Origin: Chryseobacterium sp.
GTDB taxonomy: Bacteria; Bacteroidota; Bacteroidia; Flavobacteriales; Weeksellaceae
Assembly (NCBI GenBank): GCA_048594965.1
Contig: JBMDXW010000242.1
Span: 411-64,410, forward strand
DNA: 64,000 nt
Direction: 5' to 3'
Shown: piece by piece, positions 38,896-47,083 of the stretch
How the letters are laid out: each line of letters begins with the position of its first letter
Numbering within the stretch: position 1 is the stretch's first letter
The notes under the pieces: model-generated
The model's input: only the letters and a program-made list of their open reading frames with translations
The model's database searches: none
What the model was told of the DNA's origin: nothing
Translations under genes and position numbers: made by a program

Positions 38896-38926
38896 CTGCA
38901 GAATCGAGAGGTTCTGCAGTTTTTTT
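38896..38926 (+). terminator. Rho-independent terminator after the T9SS protein gene
   Basis: CTGCAGAA-TCGAGAGG-TTCTGCAG hairpin plus a T7 run. The T-run abuts the stop of the convergent glycosyltransferase gene. Confidence 0.75.
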
Positions 38927-40100
38927 ATTGCGTATTTTCAGGATTGACTTTATTTAAAAAAAGAAAAGTGGCAATTCCTGAAATGATTGACATGGTAACG
39001 GCTAATATGGTACTCCCAATCACATATTGCAGAAAGTTGTTTTTTACCAGTTCAAAATTGAACTCATGGCTGAAAATATTGCTGTCTGCATCCACAAAAG
39101 GAGATCCGAGAAACAACGAGGCAGCGATAATAAAAGGAATAAAAGGGGGCAGGCTGACATTTGATGCTACAAACGCCAAAACTTTATTCAGCTTAAAAAG
39201 TACGGCTAAAGAGATGGTTAAAAGGGTGTGAAAGCCCCAAAAAGGAGAAAATCCTATAAATACACCTAGGGCAATGGAAAATGATTTGGTACGGTTACTT
39301 CCGTCGCTTTGCAGAACATCTTCCTGGATGAATCTCTTAAAGCTTTTTTTTTTGAAATTATTGATAAAATTGCGGGGGATGATATACAATAAAGTAATCG
39401 TCACCAAAATCGTATTGAGAATACTGATCCGGGTAAAGTCCTTAAAGGGCCTGAAGTGGGACACTCTTTCTGAGGGATCATACAATACTTTTACGGGAAC
39501 GTTCTTTACCGGAACATGCCGCCATGCCGTCCGGACAATGATTTCGATTTCAAATTCAAATTTGGGCGTGAAATATTTACGGGGTATTTTGCGAAGCGGA
39601 TAAAGCCGGTATCCCGACTGTGTATCCTGTAGCCTGATGCCCGTTTCAAACCAAAACCAGAAATTAGAAAAACGGTTTCCGAAACTACTTTTCTTAGGAA
39701 TTCCTTCCTGAGACATATTCCGGTTTCCGATCAACAGAAGATCTTCTTTCGCTTCGGCGAGGGCTTCAACAAAAACGGGGATATCATCGGGATAATGCTG
39801 TCCATCGGAATCAATGGTGATGGCGTACCGGTAACCGGATTTTTCGGCTTCCCTGAAACCCGTTTTTAAGGCATTTCCCTTTCCTTTGTTTTCCTGCAAA
39901 TGGATTGCTTTAACCCAGGGATAATCTTTTAAAATATAGAATGTGGAGTCGGTAGATCCGTCATTTACGACAATGATATTCCGAGTGTACTCCAAAACAC
40001 CGTCGATGACTCTTTTCAGTGTTTTTTCATTATTGTAGGTAGGAATTAAAACACAGATTTTTTTTTGGGAAATTACATTCTGTATCTCAGGGAATGTCAT
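38925..40100 (-). CDS. Family 2 glycosyltransferase fused to a C-terminal polytopic membrane domain (DUF2062-like)
   Basis: VLIPTYNNEKTL and DSDGQH (DxD), then about 120 aa with three hydrophobic segments. Confidence 0.8.
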   Translation of the reverse strand: MTFPEIQNVISQKKICVLIPTYNNEKTLKRVIDGVLEYTRNIIVVNDGSTDSTFYILKDYPWVKAIHLQENKGKGNALKTGFREAEKSGYRYAITIDSDGQHYPDDIPVFVEALAEAKEDLLLIGNRNMSQEGIPKKSSFGNRFSNFWFWFETGIRLQDTQSGYRLYPLRKIPRKYFTPKFEFEIEIIVRTAWRHVPVKNVPVKVLYDPSERVSHFRPFKDFTRISILNTILVTITLLYIIPRNFINNFKKKSFKRFIQEDVLQSDGSNRTKSFSIALGVFIGFSPFWGFHTLLTISLAVLFKLNKVLAFVASNVSLPPFIPFIIAASLFLGSPFVDADSNIFSHEFNFELVKNNFLQYVIGSTILAVTMSIISGIATFLFLNKVNPENTQ

Positions 40101-40104
40101 TGTT

Positions 40105-40581
40105 TTACTTTAAGGTTGCTTTCTCTGCTTCAGTCATGGTCTTCGATTGCGCTGCAAATCGCTTCACATAGCTTTTTAGCGTTCCATTCTGTTTACTGTA
40201 ATTGTTGAGAATGAAGTTTTTGTCCTCTTTCAGGCTTCCTCTGTATCCTACGATTTTCGGAATGTTTTCCTGAACACTCATTCTGATGACGCGAAGTTCT
40301 ATATTATTCGGGTTATTTTTAATCAATGTTTCAAGACTAGTTGCGCCCGCTTTTACGAGTGCTTTCCGGTTTTGCTTCGTTATTTTGGCTTCCATAATTT
40401 TGGCAGCCGCTTTATATCCCAGGATTACGGCATCAGAACCTGATGTCTTTTCGGCGGTATTTATAAAAGCTTCCGTATTCGAATTGGAAAGATTGGCTTT
40501 AGCATAGCTCTCTCTCAAAGATTCCAGGCCTGATTGAAAGAATAATAAAACCGCAGTGATGAATGAAAAAATCAGTTTCAT
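40105..40581 (-). CDS. Secreted helical hypothetical protein (158 aa)
   Basis: Signal peptide. Lys/Ala-rich helical sequence. Tightly packed in the operon, with its start overlapping the upstream stop. Confidence 0.45.
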   Translation of the reverse strand: MKLIFSFITAVLLFFQSGLESLRESYAKANLSNSNTEAFINTAEKTSGSDAVILGYKAAAKIMEAKITKQNRKALVKAGATSLETLIKNNPNNIELRVIRMSVQENIPKIVGYRGSLKEDKNFILNNYSKQNGTLKSYVKRFAAQSKTMTEAEKATLK

Positions 40582-40958
40582 TAGGTCAGTTTTTTATAGT
40601 TAACTGACATTTTTAATGCAATAGTCTCGCCAAAAGAAGTGGTATTTTTCACTTTCACCTCTTCTTCGGTTTGGGTAATGTCCAATTGCAAGGTAAGATC
40701 CGGCGTTTCAAAAGGATTGATAATCGCCATAAACTTTACATTGGAAGCAGATTTTAAAAATAAATTTAAACCGGTAAATTCTTCAGAAAGTTCCTTTACG
40801 ATCTGCATCATGCAAACTCCCGGAGTTACCGGATTGCCAGGAAAATGTCCTTTGAAAATGTCATGATCCTTGTTCAGCGAAATATAGGCGGTAAAGCTTC
40901 CGTTTTCTGCCTGCTCGTAAGATTGTAAAGTATAGAAATCTGTAAGAATAGTCTGCAT
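40581..40958 (-). CDS. 3-hydroxyacyl-ACP dehydratase (FabZ/FabA-like hotdog)
   Basis: FKGHFPGNPVTPGVCMMQ catalytic-His motif. Confidence 0.8.
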   Translation of the reverse strand: MQTILTDFYTLQSYEQAENGSFTAYISLNKDHDIFKGHFPGNPVTPGVCMMQIVKELSEEFTGLNLFLKSASNVKFMAIINPFETPDLTLQLDITQTEEEVKVKNTTSFGETIALKMSVNYKKLT

Positions 40959-40962
40959 AAAA

Positions 40963-41565
40963 TTACTTTTTCATGTTAAAGGTATAATAAACTCCGGCTT
41001 GGAAAGTAACATTAGTATGATCATTGTAGATATGTACAAAGCCTTTTTTTATACGGGCTTCTACCCCGATATTTTTCGTAATGTCGTAACCTGCACCAAA
41101 TAAAATTCCAAGATCGGCATCGGTCGTATAATCTATATTTTTATGGTCGGTTAATAGTTCCAGAGTCGGCCCAAAATGGATATTGAACTTGTCAAAATAA
41201 AACTTATTCACCATTGCTGCGCCTACATATGATACCGTTACGGTTTTTGAAGGAGTAGAAGAATCCTGGCTTTCAAACTTTGCGCCCTGGCGGGAATAGT
41301 ACAGCTCCGGTTGAAGTGCATAGATTTTTGCAAACCTTATATTGCCCTGAAAACCAATGTAAAGATCGATTTTAGATTTTACATCGAATGTATTGTATCC
41401 ATAGTAATAGTAATGATTGGAATCTGTATAATTCCACGCCTGATGAGCGGGACCATCCGAAAAATGGGAAATATTAGCCCCGATTCTTATGCCCGGATTA
41501 AAAGTTACCTGCGCTAAAGCAAATCCTGAAATGATCAATGTAAATAAAGAAATAATTTTTTTCAT
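40963..41565 (-). CDS. Outer-membrane beta-barrel protein (OmpA-N/porin-like, 8-stranded type)
   Basis: Signal peptide LIISGFALAQ, alternating aromatic strands and a terminal QAGVYYTF. Confidence 0.7.
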   Translation of the reverse strand: MKKIISLFTLIISGFALAQVTFNPGIRIGANISHFSDGPAHQAWNYTDSNHYYYYGYNTFDVKSKIDLYIGFQGNIRFAKIYALQPELYYSRQGAKFESQDSSTPSKTVTVSYVGAAMVNKFYFDKFNIHFGPTLELLTDHKNIDYTTDADLGILFGAGYDITKNIGVEARIKKGFVHIYNDHTNVTFQAGVYYTFNMKK

Positions 41566-41573
41566 GCGAGTTT

Positions 41574-42209
41574 TTATTCGTTTTCGGTTATTTGAAATAA
41601 TTTTATGTTTATTTTAAAGTCTTTATGCTGAAGATTCAAACTGTCCGCGAAGATATGTTTTTTTGCATCAAAAGTAAAATCGATTTTTTCCTTGTTGTTT
41701 TTCGTGTAAATGATCTGTTTCATCAAACCATCTTCTTTGTTAAAAAATAGATAATACACCTTTTTATCAATTTTTGACAAATAAATTTTTTGATTTTCAT
41801 TTTCAAAGCTTTCAGTTACAGGATATTTCTGTCTTAAAAGTTCCTGAAAATCATTCTTTAAAAAGTTGATGACGATTTTTTTGTCAAGATCAGGAAGTAC
41901 ATAATTAAGCTTGAAATCATTCTCTGAAATGGTGAAATCAATTAATTTATTTCCAAAATCAGATGTTAAAACAACACGGTGCGTTGTTTCATTAAATTTT
42001 TTTAATATCAGAATTCCGCTGACGTGATTTTTATAAATATCCATCTGGCATTTATAAACATAATCTTCATTGGAAGAAAAATAGAGATTTTCAACGGTTT
42101 TGTGAGAATTGGCAATAGGTTTTACCCCTTCCAGCTTGTAAGATTTACATGAAATAAATACTGTGAAAATCAGACTATAAGCTAAATTCTGAAGCAGCAA
42201 TCGGCGCAT
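41574..42209 (-). CDS. Lipoprotein of unknown function
   Basis: Lipobox VFISCKS. Start taken at MRRLLL. Still overlaps the upstream LolA-like gene by 35 nt. Confidence 0.5.
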   Translation of the reverse strand: MRRLLLQNLAYSLIFTVFISCKSYKLEGVKPIANSHKTVENLYFSSNEDYVYKCQMDIYKNHVSGILILKKFNETTHRVVLTSDFGNKLIDFTISENDFKLNYVLPDLDKKIVINFLKNDFQELLRQKYPVTESFENENQKIYLSKIDKKVYYLFFNKEDGLMKQIIYTKNNKEKIDFTFDAKKHIFADSLNLQHKDFKINIKLFQITENE

Positions 42210-42801
42210 TGGTCTTTGTGTTTTTGAAAACAATATTGGTGGTGTCTCCTGAAGCTTCGGTCATATTTACCTGAGAAACCGTCGACTGGTTTTTGGGGAA
42301 ATACAGCTCGATCTGTTTGATGTATTTTACGAGCTGTGCGGATTTGGGTGTAAATTTTGCGATATTAAAACTGCCATTTTTAAAATAAGAAACGGAAAAT
42401 TCAGGATCATTAAACATTTGGCCATTTGAGCTTCCCACAATCAGTTTGTTGATTTTCTCAAATGTTTTACTTTTTGCATCCACAGAAGACTTCTTTCCCT
42501 GGTCGTTGATGAAGATTTTATTATCCTTGAAAACAATGCTGTACTGATAAGGTTTTGTATACTTCCAGCTCAGCATATTAGGCGCCTTTAAAGACATTTT
42601 ACCATATGTAACAATGTTTTTATCAAGGAAATCCATTTTTTTGGTTTGGGTAAAATCGCTTTGGAGAGATTTGATCTGTCTGGTTTCCGCTGAAACTTTC
42701 GTCACAAAGGCTTTGGCCTCGGCACCGGACATCGCGGTATTTTGTGCGAAAGAAAAACCTGAAACCAACAAAAATGCTCCAAAAATAATATGTCTGATCA
42801 T
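42175..42801 (-). CDS. LolA-like outer-membrane lipoprotein carrier protein
   Basis: Signal peptide (start taken at MIRHIIFGAFLL). QSDFTQTKKMDFLDKNIVTYGKMSLKAPNMLSWKY is typical of LolA-fold proteins. Confidence 0.75.
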   Translation of the reverse strand: MIRHIIFGAFLLVSGFSFAQNTAMSGAEAKAFVTKVSAETRQIKSLQSDFTQTKKMDFLDKNIVTYGKMSLKAPNMLSWKYTKPYQYSIVFKDNKIFINDQGKKSSVDAKSKTFEKINKLIVGSSNGQMFNDPEFSVSYFKNGSFNIAKFTPKSAQLVKYIKQIELYFPKNQSTVSQVNMTEASGDTTNIVFKNTKTNAPIAASEFSL

Positions 42802-42805
42802 TTTT

Positions 42806-43549
42806 TTAATTCTTAATGATTGAATCAACCGTAAAAGTCGAATAGTTTTTATCCTTCAAAAATACTAATAAATCTGCCAAAACACGGTAGGTTTTTTCCG
42901 AAGTGTCATGAAGAAGAATGATGCTTCCTTTTTTCAGTCCTTTTGTTATTTTCCGGTATATTTTTTTTTCATCTTCCGTAATGGTATCCAGAGAACGAAC
43001 ATTCCAGCCGATGCTTTTTTTATGAGTTTTTCTAATAGCCTTAGCAATATTCGGATTGGTCACTCCGAATGGAGGACGGTACAAATTAGTTTTGATATTT
43101 CCAACTTTCAACATGACTTCATCACATTTTTCAATTTCTTCAATCATTTTTGAGGTTGATAAAAATCCTGTATTATTAGAATGTGAAAGTGTGTGATTTC
43201 CCACTGTATGACCTTCTGCACTAATTCTTTGGAAAGTTTCCGGGTGTTTTTCAATTTGTTTTCCGATGCAGAAAAAGGTGGCTTTTATATTATTTTCTTT
43301 CAAAAGATCTAAAAACTGCGGTGTAAACTCAGTGGGGCCGTCATCGAAAGTTAAAGCGACTTCCTTGATTTTCGTTCTTTTATGAGTAATGCTGTTGACG
43401 AAATATCCCAATCCAATATCAAAAGATCCCCAGACAACAACCGAGGAAAACATCAGAAAACAAAACAGATATACCCAAAATGATCCCTGAAATGCATAGA
43501 TAAAAGCGTTGCAGAAAATGTAGAATAGGATAAATGAATAATGTTTCAT
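42806..43549 (-). CDS. Polysaccharide deacetylase (NodB-homology) family protein with N-terminal TM segments
   Basis: ALTFDDGP, GNHTLSH and LLHD motifs. Confidence 0.85.
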   Translation of the reverse strand: MKHYSFILFYIFCNAFIYAFQGSFWVYLFCFLMFSSVVVWGSFDIGLGYFVNSITHKRTKIKEVALTFDDGPTEFTPQFLDLLKENNIKATFFCIGKQIEKHPETFQRISAEGHTVGNHTLSHSNNTGFLSTSKMIEEIEKCDEVMLKVGNIKTNLYRPPFGVTNPNIAKAIRKTHKKSIGWNVRSLDTITEDEKKIYRKITKGLKKGSIILLHDTSEKTYRVLADLLVFLKDKNYSTFTVDSIIKN

Positions 43550-43618
43550 CTTTATTGTTTTTAAGTTTTGGGTTTAAAATATTCGGTTTTCTTTACTCGA
43601 TGTGTTAAGCGGAGTGCT

Positions 43619-43697
43619 TGTCGTTCAGTAGGAATCTCGGCATACATTTTAATATTGCTTAGATTCCACGCTTCACTTCATTTCGCTCTGAATGACA
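43619..43697. repeat. Imperfect palindromic element in the 254-bp spacer that splits the minus-strand cluster genes
   Basis: GGAATCT (43631-37) / AGATTCC (43661-67), and TGTCGTTCAG (43619-28) / CTGAATGACA (43688-97, 9 of 10), with an asymmetric bulge. Confidence 0.5.
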
Positions 43698-43803
43698 AAA
43701 ACTCTGTTTACCTTTGCTGAGTGAAACGCCATTGCGAACGAAAAATATTTTCAATTTTAGAATAAAATCTTTGCGCTCTCTGCATTAAAAATAATTTAAC
43801 AAA

Positions 43804-44865
43804 CTAAGCTTTTCCCAACAAAACCAGGCTATGGTCGTTCCCGCCAAGATGATTATAAAGTAAGATATTTTTAATTTCTTCTTTCTTCACAGAATTGATC
43901 ATCATCACTTCCGGGATTTCCTGTTTTTTCAGAATATGACAGGCCATAAATGTCGAAAAACCACTCGCCGTATTAAATTCTCCACTCAAATGTTTGTAAT
44001 ATAATAAAGCTGAGTTTTCAAACACATCCATTGTTTTGGTATAATAAACATCTGATTCTGCATCTCCGCTGAAACCTAAAATCACCGCATCGATATCTTG
44101 ATTCGACAAATTGTTTTTAGCTAAAAAATCTTCAATAAATTGTTGGGTTTCATCTAGATCTAATCTGTTACTGATCTGAATATCTTCCAGTTGAGCATAA
44201 GAATTTTCTGCTTTGTTATTTCCCAATACAAAAAAACCGGCACCTTCTCCCCAAATCACACCATCTGTTGTTGAATGTAAATGGTCAGCAGGAAGATCTT
44301 CTTCTTTTTTAATGGTTTTGTTTAAAGTATACAATTCCATGGTTCTTTCGGTCTGCTCGTCTGTCGAACCTACTAAAACATTTTCTGCTTCACCGTCGTT
44401 GATCTGCAATTTTGCATCTAAAAATGAAAATTCCAGCGATGAAGAAGTGTTCACATAGGTGAAATTGTAAGCATGACATTGCAGGCCTAAAGCAATCTGT
44501 CCCGCTACCGTATTATGCGTTGATTGTATAAAATAAGTCGGAGTGAGAAACTCTTCGTTATTATCGAGTACGTTTTTTAAGAATTTTTCAGAATCCTGTG
44601 AACAGCCAATTCCTGTTCCGACGATAATCGCATCAGGATTTTCAATTCCGGCTTCTTTCAATGCATAATGTGAAGCTACGGAGCTCATTTTTACCGTTTT
44701 AGACATTCTTCTGCTTGCTGCAGGCGGAATGAATTCTTTGTAATTGGGTTCGATTGCTTTTAAAACCTGAGATGAATTTTCAGGCTTAAGATTTTTGAAA
44801 AAATTTTCATTTAAAGTGTCCTGAACCGAGATGCAGGCTGCACTGTTGATGTAAACCGCACTCAT
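43804..44865 (-). CDS. Ketosynthase-like protein lacking the active-site Cys (chain-length-factor-like partner)
   Basis: KS fold length and motifs, but the nucleophile position reads YVNTSSSLEF instead of T-A-C-S-S. Its start overlaps the upstream KS stop by 4 nt. Confidence 0.7.
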   Translation of the reverse strand: MSAVYINSAACISVQDTLNENFFKNLKPENSSQVLKAIEPNYKEFIPPAASRRMSKTVKMSSVASHYALKEAGIENPDAIIVGTGIGCSQDSEKFLKNVLDNNEEFLTPTYFIQSTHNTVAGQIALGLQCHAYNFTYVNTSSSLEFSFLDAKLQINDGEAENVLVGSTDEQTERTMELYTLNKTIKKEEDLPADHLHSTTDGVIWGEGAGFFVLGNNKAENSYAQLEDIQISNRLDLDETQQFIEDFLAKNNLSNQDIDAVILGFSGDAESDVYYTKTMDVFENSALLYYKHLSGEFNTASGFSTFMACHILKKQEIPEVMMINSVKKEEIKNILLYNHLGGNDHSLVLLGKA

Positions 44866-46061
44866 GATTTAGAGAAAATTAAAGTTGAACAGTTTCCTCC
44901 AAATCCGAATGAATTGGAAAGAACGTGATTGATATTTTTTTCTTTAAGTTCAGTGACAGGGGTTAAATCAAATTCTTCCATTTTGGTTTTGAAATTCAGA
45001 TTCGGAAAAATAATGTTGTTTTGAATCGCTAATAACGAATAGACTGCTTCAATTCCTGCCGCCGCGGCTAAAGTATGGCCTGTAAAAGCTTTTGTAGAAC
45101 TGAATTCAGGGACATTATTTTCACCAAAAATCCGGATCATCGCAATGCCTTCCGATAAGTCGTTATTTGGCGTCGCCGTTCCGTGAACGTTGATGTAATC
45201 GATGCTTTCTTTATTTAAACCCGAAACTTTCAATGCTTTTTCCATGGCTAAATAAGCACCTTGCCCGTTTTCCGAGGAAGCGGTCTGGTGATGGGCGTCG
45301 TTGGCATTTCCGTAACCGGAAAGATATCCTATAACTTTTTTGTTTTCCTTTTTCACCACTTCGTCAGATTCCAAAACGATGAATGCGGCTGCTTCACCCA
45401 GATTCAGTCCTTTTCTGTCGTTATCAAAAGGAGTATTGTAAGAATCCGTAAGGATCATCAATGTATTGAACCCGTTTATAGTAAACTTGGAGAGTGCATC
45501 GGTTCCGCCAACAATTACACGGTCCAATACGCCACTCTTAATGAGTTTTGCACCCATCATAATAGCGTTGGCTGCTGATGAACAGGCTGTACTGATGGTG
45601 GAAACCATACCTTTTAAGCCTAAATAATCGGCAATCAGTAAAGATGAATTTCCGGCGTCGTGTGAGTCGATATATTTTTGCTTTTCAGGAAAGTCCTCGT
45701 AGGTGTAGAAATATTTTTCAGTCATATCCATTCCACCAACGCTGGTTGAAGAAATAAGACCGGTTTTATACTCATTAATATCAGAAATTCCGGCGCTTTC
45801 TACGGCTTCTTTTGCAGCAATCATGCCTAATAAAGCGGTTCTTGTAGCATTTTTTTCATCGTTAAGATGAAGCTTTGCTATAAGTTCTTCATTAGTCAGT
45901 TTTATTTCGCCGGTTTTGATATTGCCGGAATGGCGTGTTTCAAACAATTGAATATCTGATATCCCATGTTTTCCGGATTTTAATGAATGCAGATTTTCCT
46001 CTACGTTATTTCCGATAGAAGAAATAATGCCCATTCCTGTTATGGCAATTTTTTGACCCAT
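44862..46061 (-). CDS. Beta-ketoacyl-ACP synthase (complete catalytic triad)
   Basis: ISTACSSAANAI, NVHGTATPNND and KAFTGHTLAAAG. Confidence 0.9.
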   Translation of the reverse strand: MGQKIAITGMGIISSIGNNVEENLHSLKSGKHGISDIQLFETRHSGNIKTGEIKLTNEELIAKLHLNDEKNATRTALLGMIAAKEAVESAGISDINEYKTGLISSTSVGGMDMTEKYFYTYEDFPEKQKYIDSHDAGNSSLLIADYLGLKGMVSTISTACSSAANAIMMGAKLIKSGVLDRVIVGGTDALSKFTINGFNTLMILTDSYNTPFDNDRKGLNLGEAAAFIVLESDEVVKKENKKVIGYLSGYGNANDAHHQTASSENGQGAYLAMEKALKVSGLNKESIDYINVHGTATPNNDLSEGIAMIRIFGENNVPEFSSTKAFTGHTLAAAAGIEAVYSLLAIQNNIIFPNLNFKTKMEEFDLTPVTELKEKNINHVLSNSFGFGGNCSTLIFSKS

Positions 46062-46140
46062 CTTTTATAATGTACCAATGTATCAATTTAACAGTGTAAC
46101 ACATAGGTACATTGCCGGATTGATACATTGTTATATTGAT
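46062..46140 (-). promoter_or_regulatory. Post-ACP intercistronic element, copy B
   Basis: Nested inverted repeats on the minus strand. CAATGTATCAAT (46119-46130) pairs with ATTGATACATTG (46076-46087). CAATGTACC (46106-46114) pairs with GGTACATT (46069-46076). Confidence 0.55.
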
Positions 46141-46398
46141 TTATTTTGTTCTGTTTTCTTCGATAAATTTAGCCATGGTATCGATAGACGTGAAGATTTC
46201 CTTTCCTTTTTTAGGATCGGATAGTTTGATGCCGTATTCTTTATCCAAAAGAACGATCAATTCCAAAGCGTCAATAGAATCCAATCCAAGGCCTCCTCCG
46301 AATAAAGGATCCGTATCTTTGATTTCCTCTACTGCAACGTCTTCTAAATTAAGAACTTCGATAATTTTGTGCTTTAATTCTTCTCTTAGGTTTTCCAT
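46141..46398 (-). CDS. Acyl carrier protein
   Basis: 85 aa, acidic, with the phosphopantetheine site LGLDSIDALELI. Confidence 0.9.
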   Translation of the reverse strand: MENLREELKHKIIEVLNLEDVAVEEIKDTDPLFGGGLGLDSIDALELIVLLDKEYGIKLSDPKKGKEIFTSIDTMAKFIEENRTK

Positions 46399-46404
46399 AA
46401 AATT

Positions 46405-46527
46405 AATTTGAAAATATGTTAATTTGATAATTTGAAAATGGATTAAATTATGTTAGATATTAAATTTAAAATTGTTAGTTGTAATCTGATAATGTTTTGC
46501 ATTTTCAAATTAGCCCGTTTTCAAATT
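46405..46527. repeat. Direct and inverted 11-mers (AATTTGAAAAT / ATTTTCAAATT) in the spacer upstream of the second ACP gene
   Basis: Exact direct copies at 46405-15 and 46429-39, with a variant at 46421-31. Exact inverted copy at 46501-11 and a 10-of-11 copy at 46517-27. Confidence 0.6.
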
Positions 46528-46534
46528 GTCAAAT

Positions 46535-47074
46535 TTATAATGTTAGCAAATATACAAAAGCATTATAACTTTCCTGATATAATTCTACCCAGCCGCATAA
46601 TACTTTATCGGCCTTTCCTGACTGCAAAATCTGTTCCGAGTAGTTGTTTAAAAATTCTTCGTTAAATTCATCCAACACAAAGAAAGCATTTTCGGTCTGC
46701 ATCTTGTGTCTGATGCTGATTTCTCCTACGCAGATATTCGGTAGCGTGTACACAAAAACGGCAGGGCTCGGAAAATAATTTTCCTGGGAATTAATGCTTT
46801 CCTGATATTTAAAATCAGTATCTAAACTTGATGATCTGTTGGCAAAAACGATGGCTGTTCTGCTGTGATCTTCATCTTTTAAAATCATTTCAGAAGCAAG
46901 AAAAGCGAGTTTACTTAAGTTATCCATCTTGTGGAATTTCGGATAATTTAACTCTAAACTTTTGTAAGCTTCTTTCGCAAAGTCTGAAAAATTTTCGGTT
47001 GGGGTTTCAAAAATAATTTCGTTGTTGAGAACGATTTTTGAATGTTTTGTTGTGCAAATGTCTGTTTTCTTCAT
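46535..47074 (-). CDS. Small KS N-terminal-like protein without nucleophile (cluster-specific, function unknown)
   Basis: 179 aa. FLASEMIL...[14 protein letters not shown] resembles the N-terminal half of a thiolase-fold KS, with Ser in place of Cys. Confidence 0.5.
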   Translation of the reverse strand: MKKTDICTTKHSKIVLNNEIIFETPTENFSDFAKEAYKSLELNYPKFHKMDNLSKLAFLASEMILKDEDHSRTAIVFANRSSSLDTDFKYQESINSQENYFPSPAVFVYTLPNICVGEISIRHKMQTENAFFVLDEFNEEFLNNYSEQILQSGKADKVLCGWVELYQESYNAFVYLLTL

Positions 47075-47083
47075 GAATAAAGT

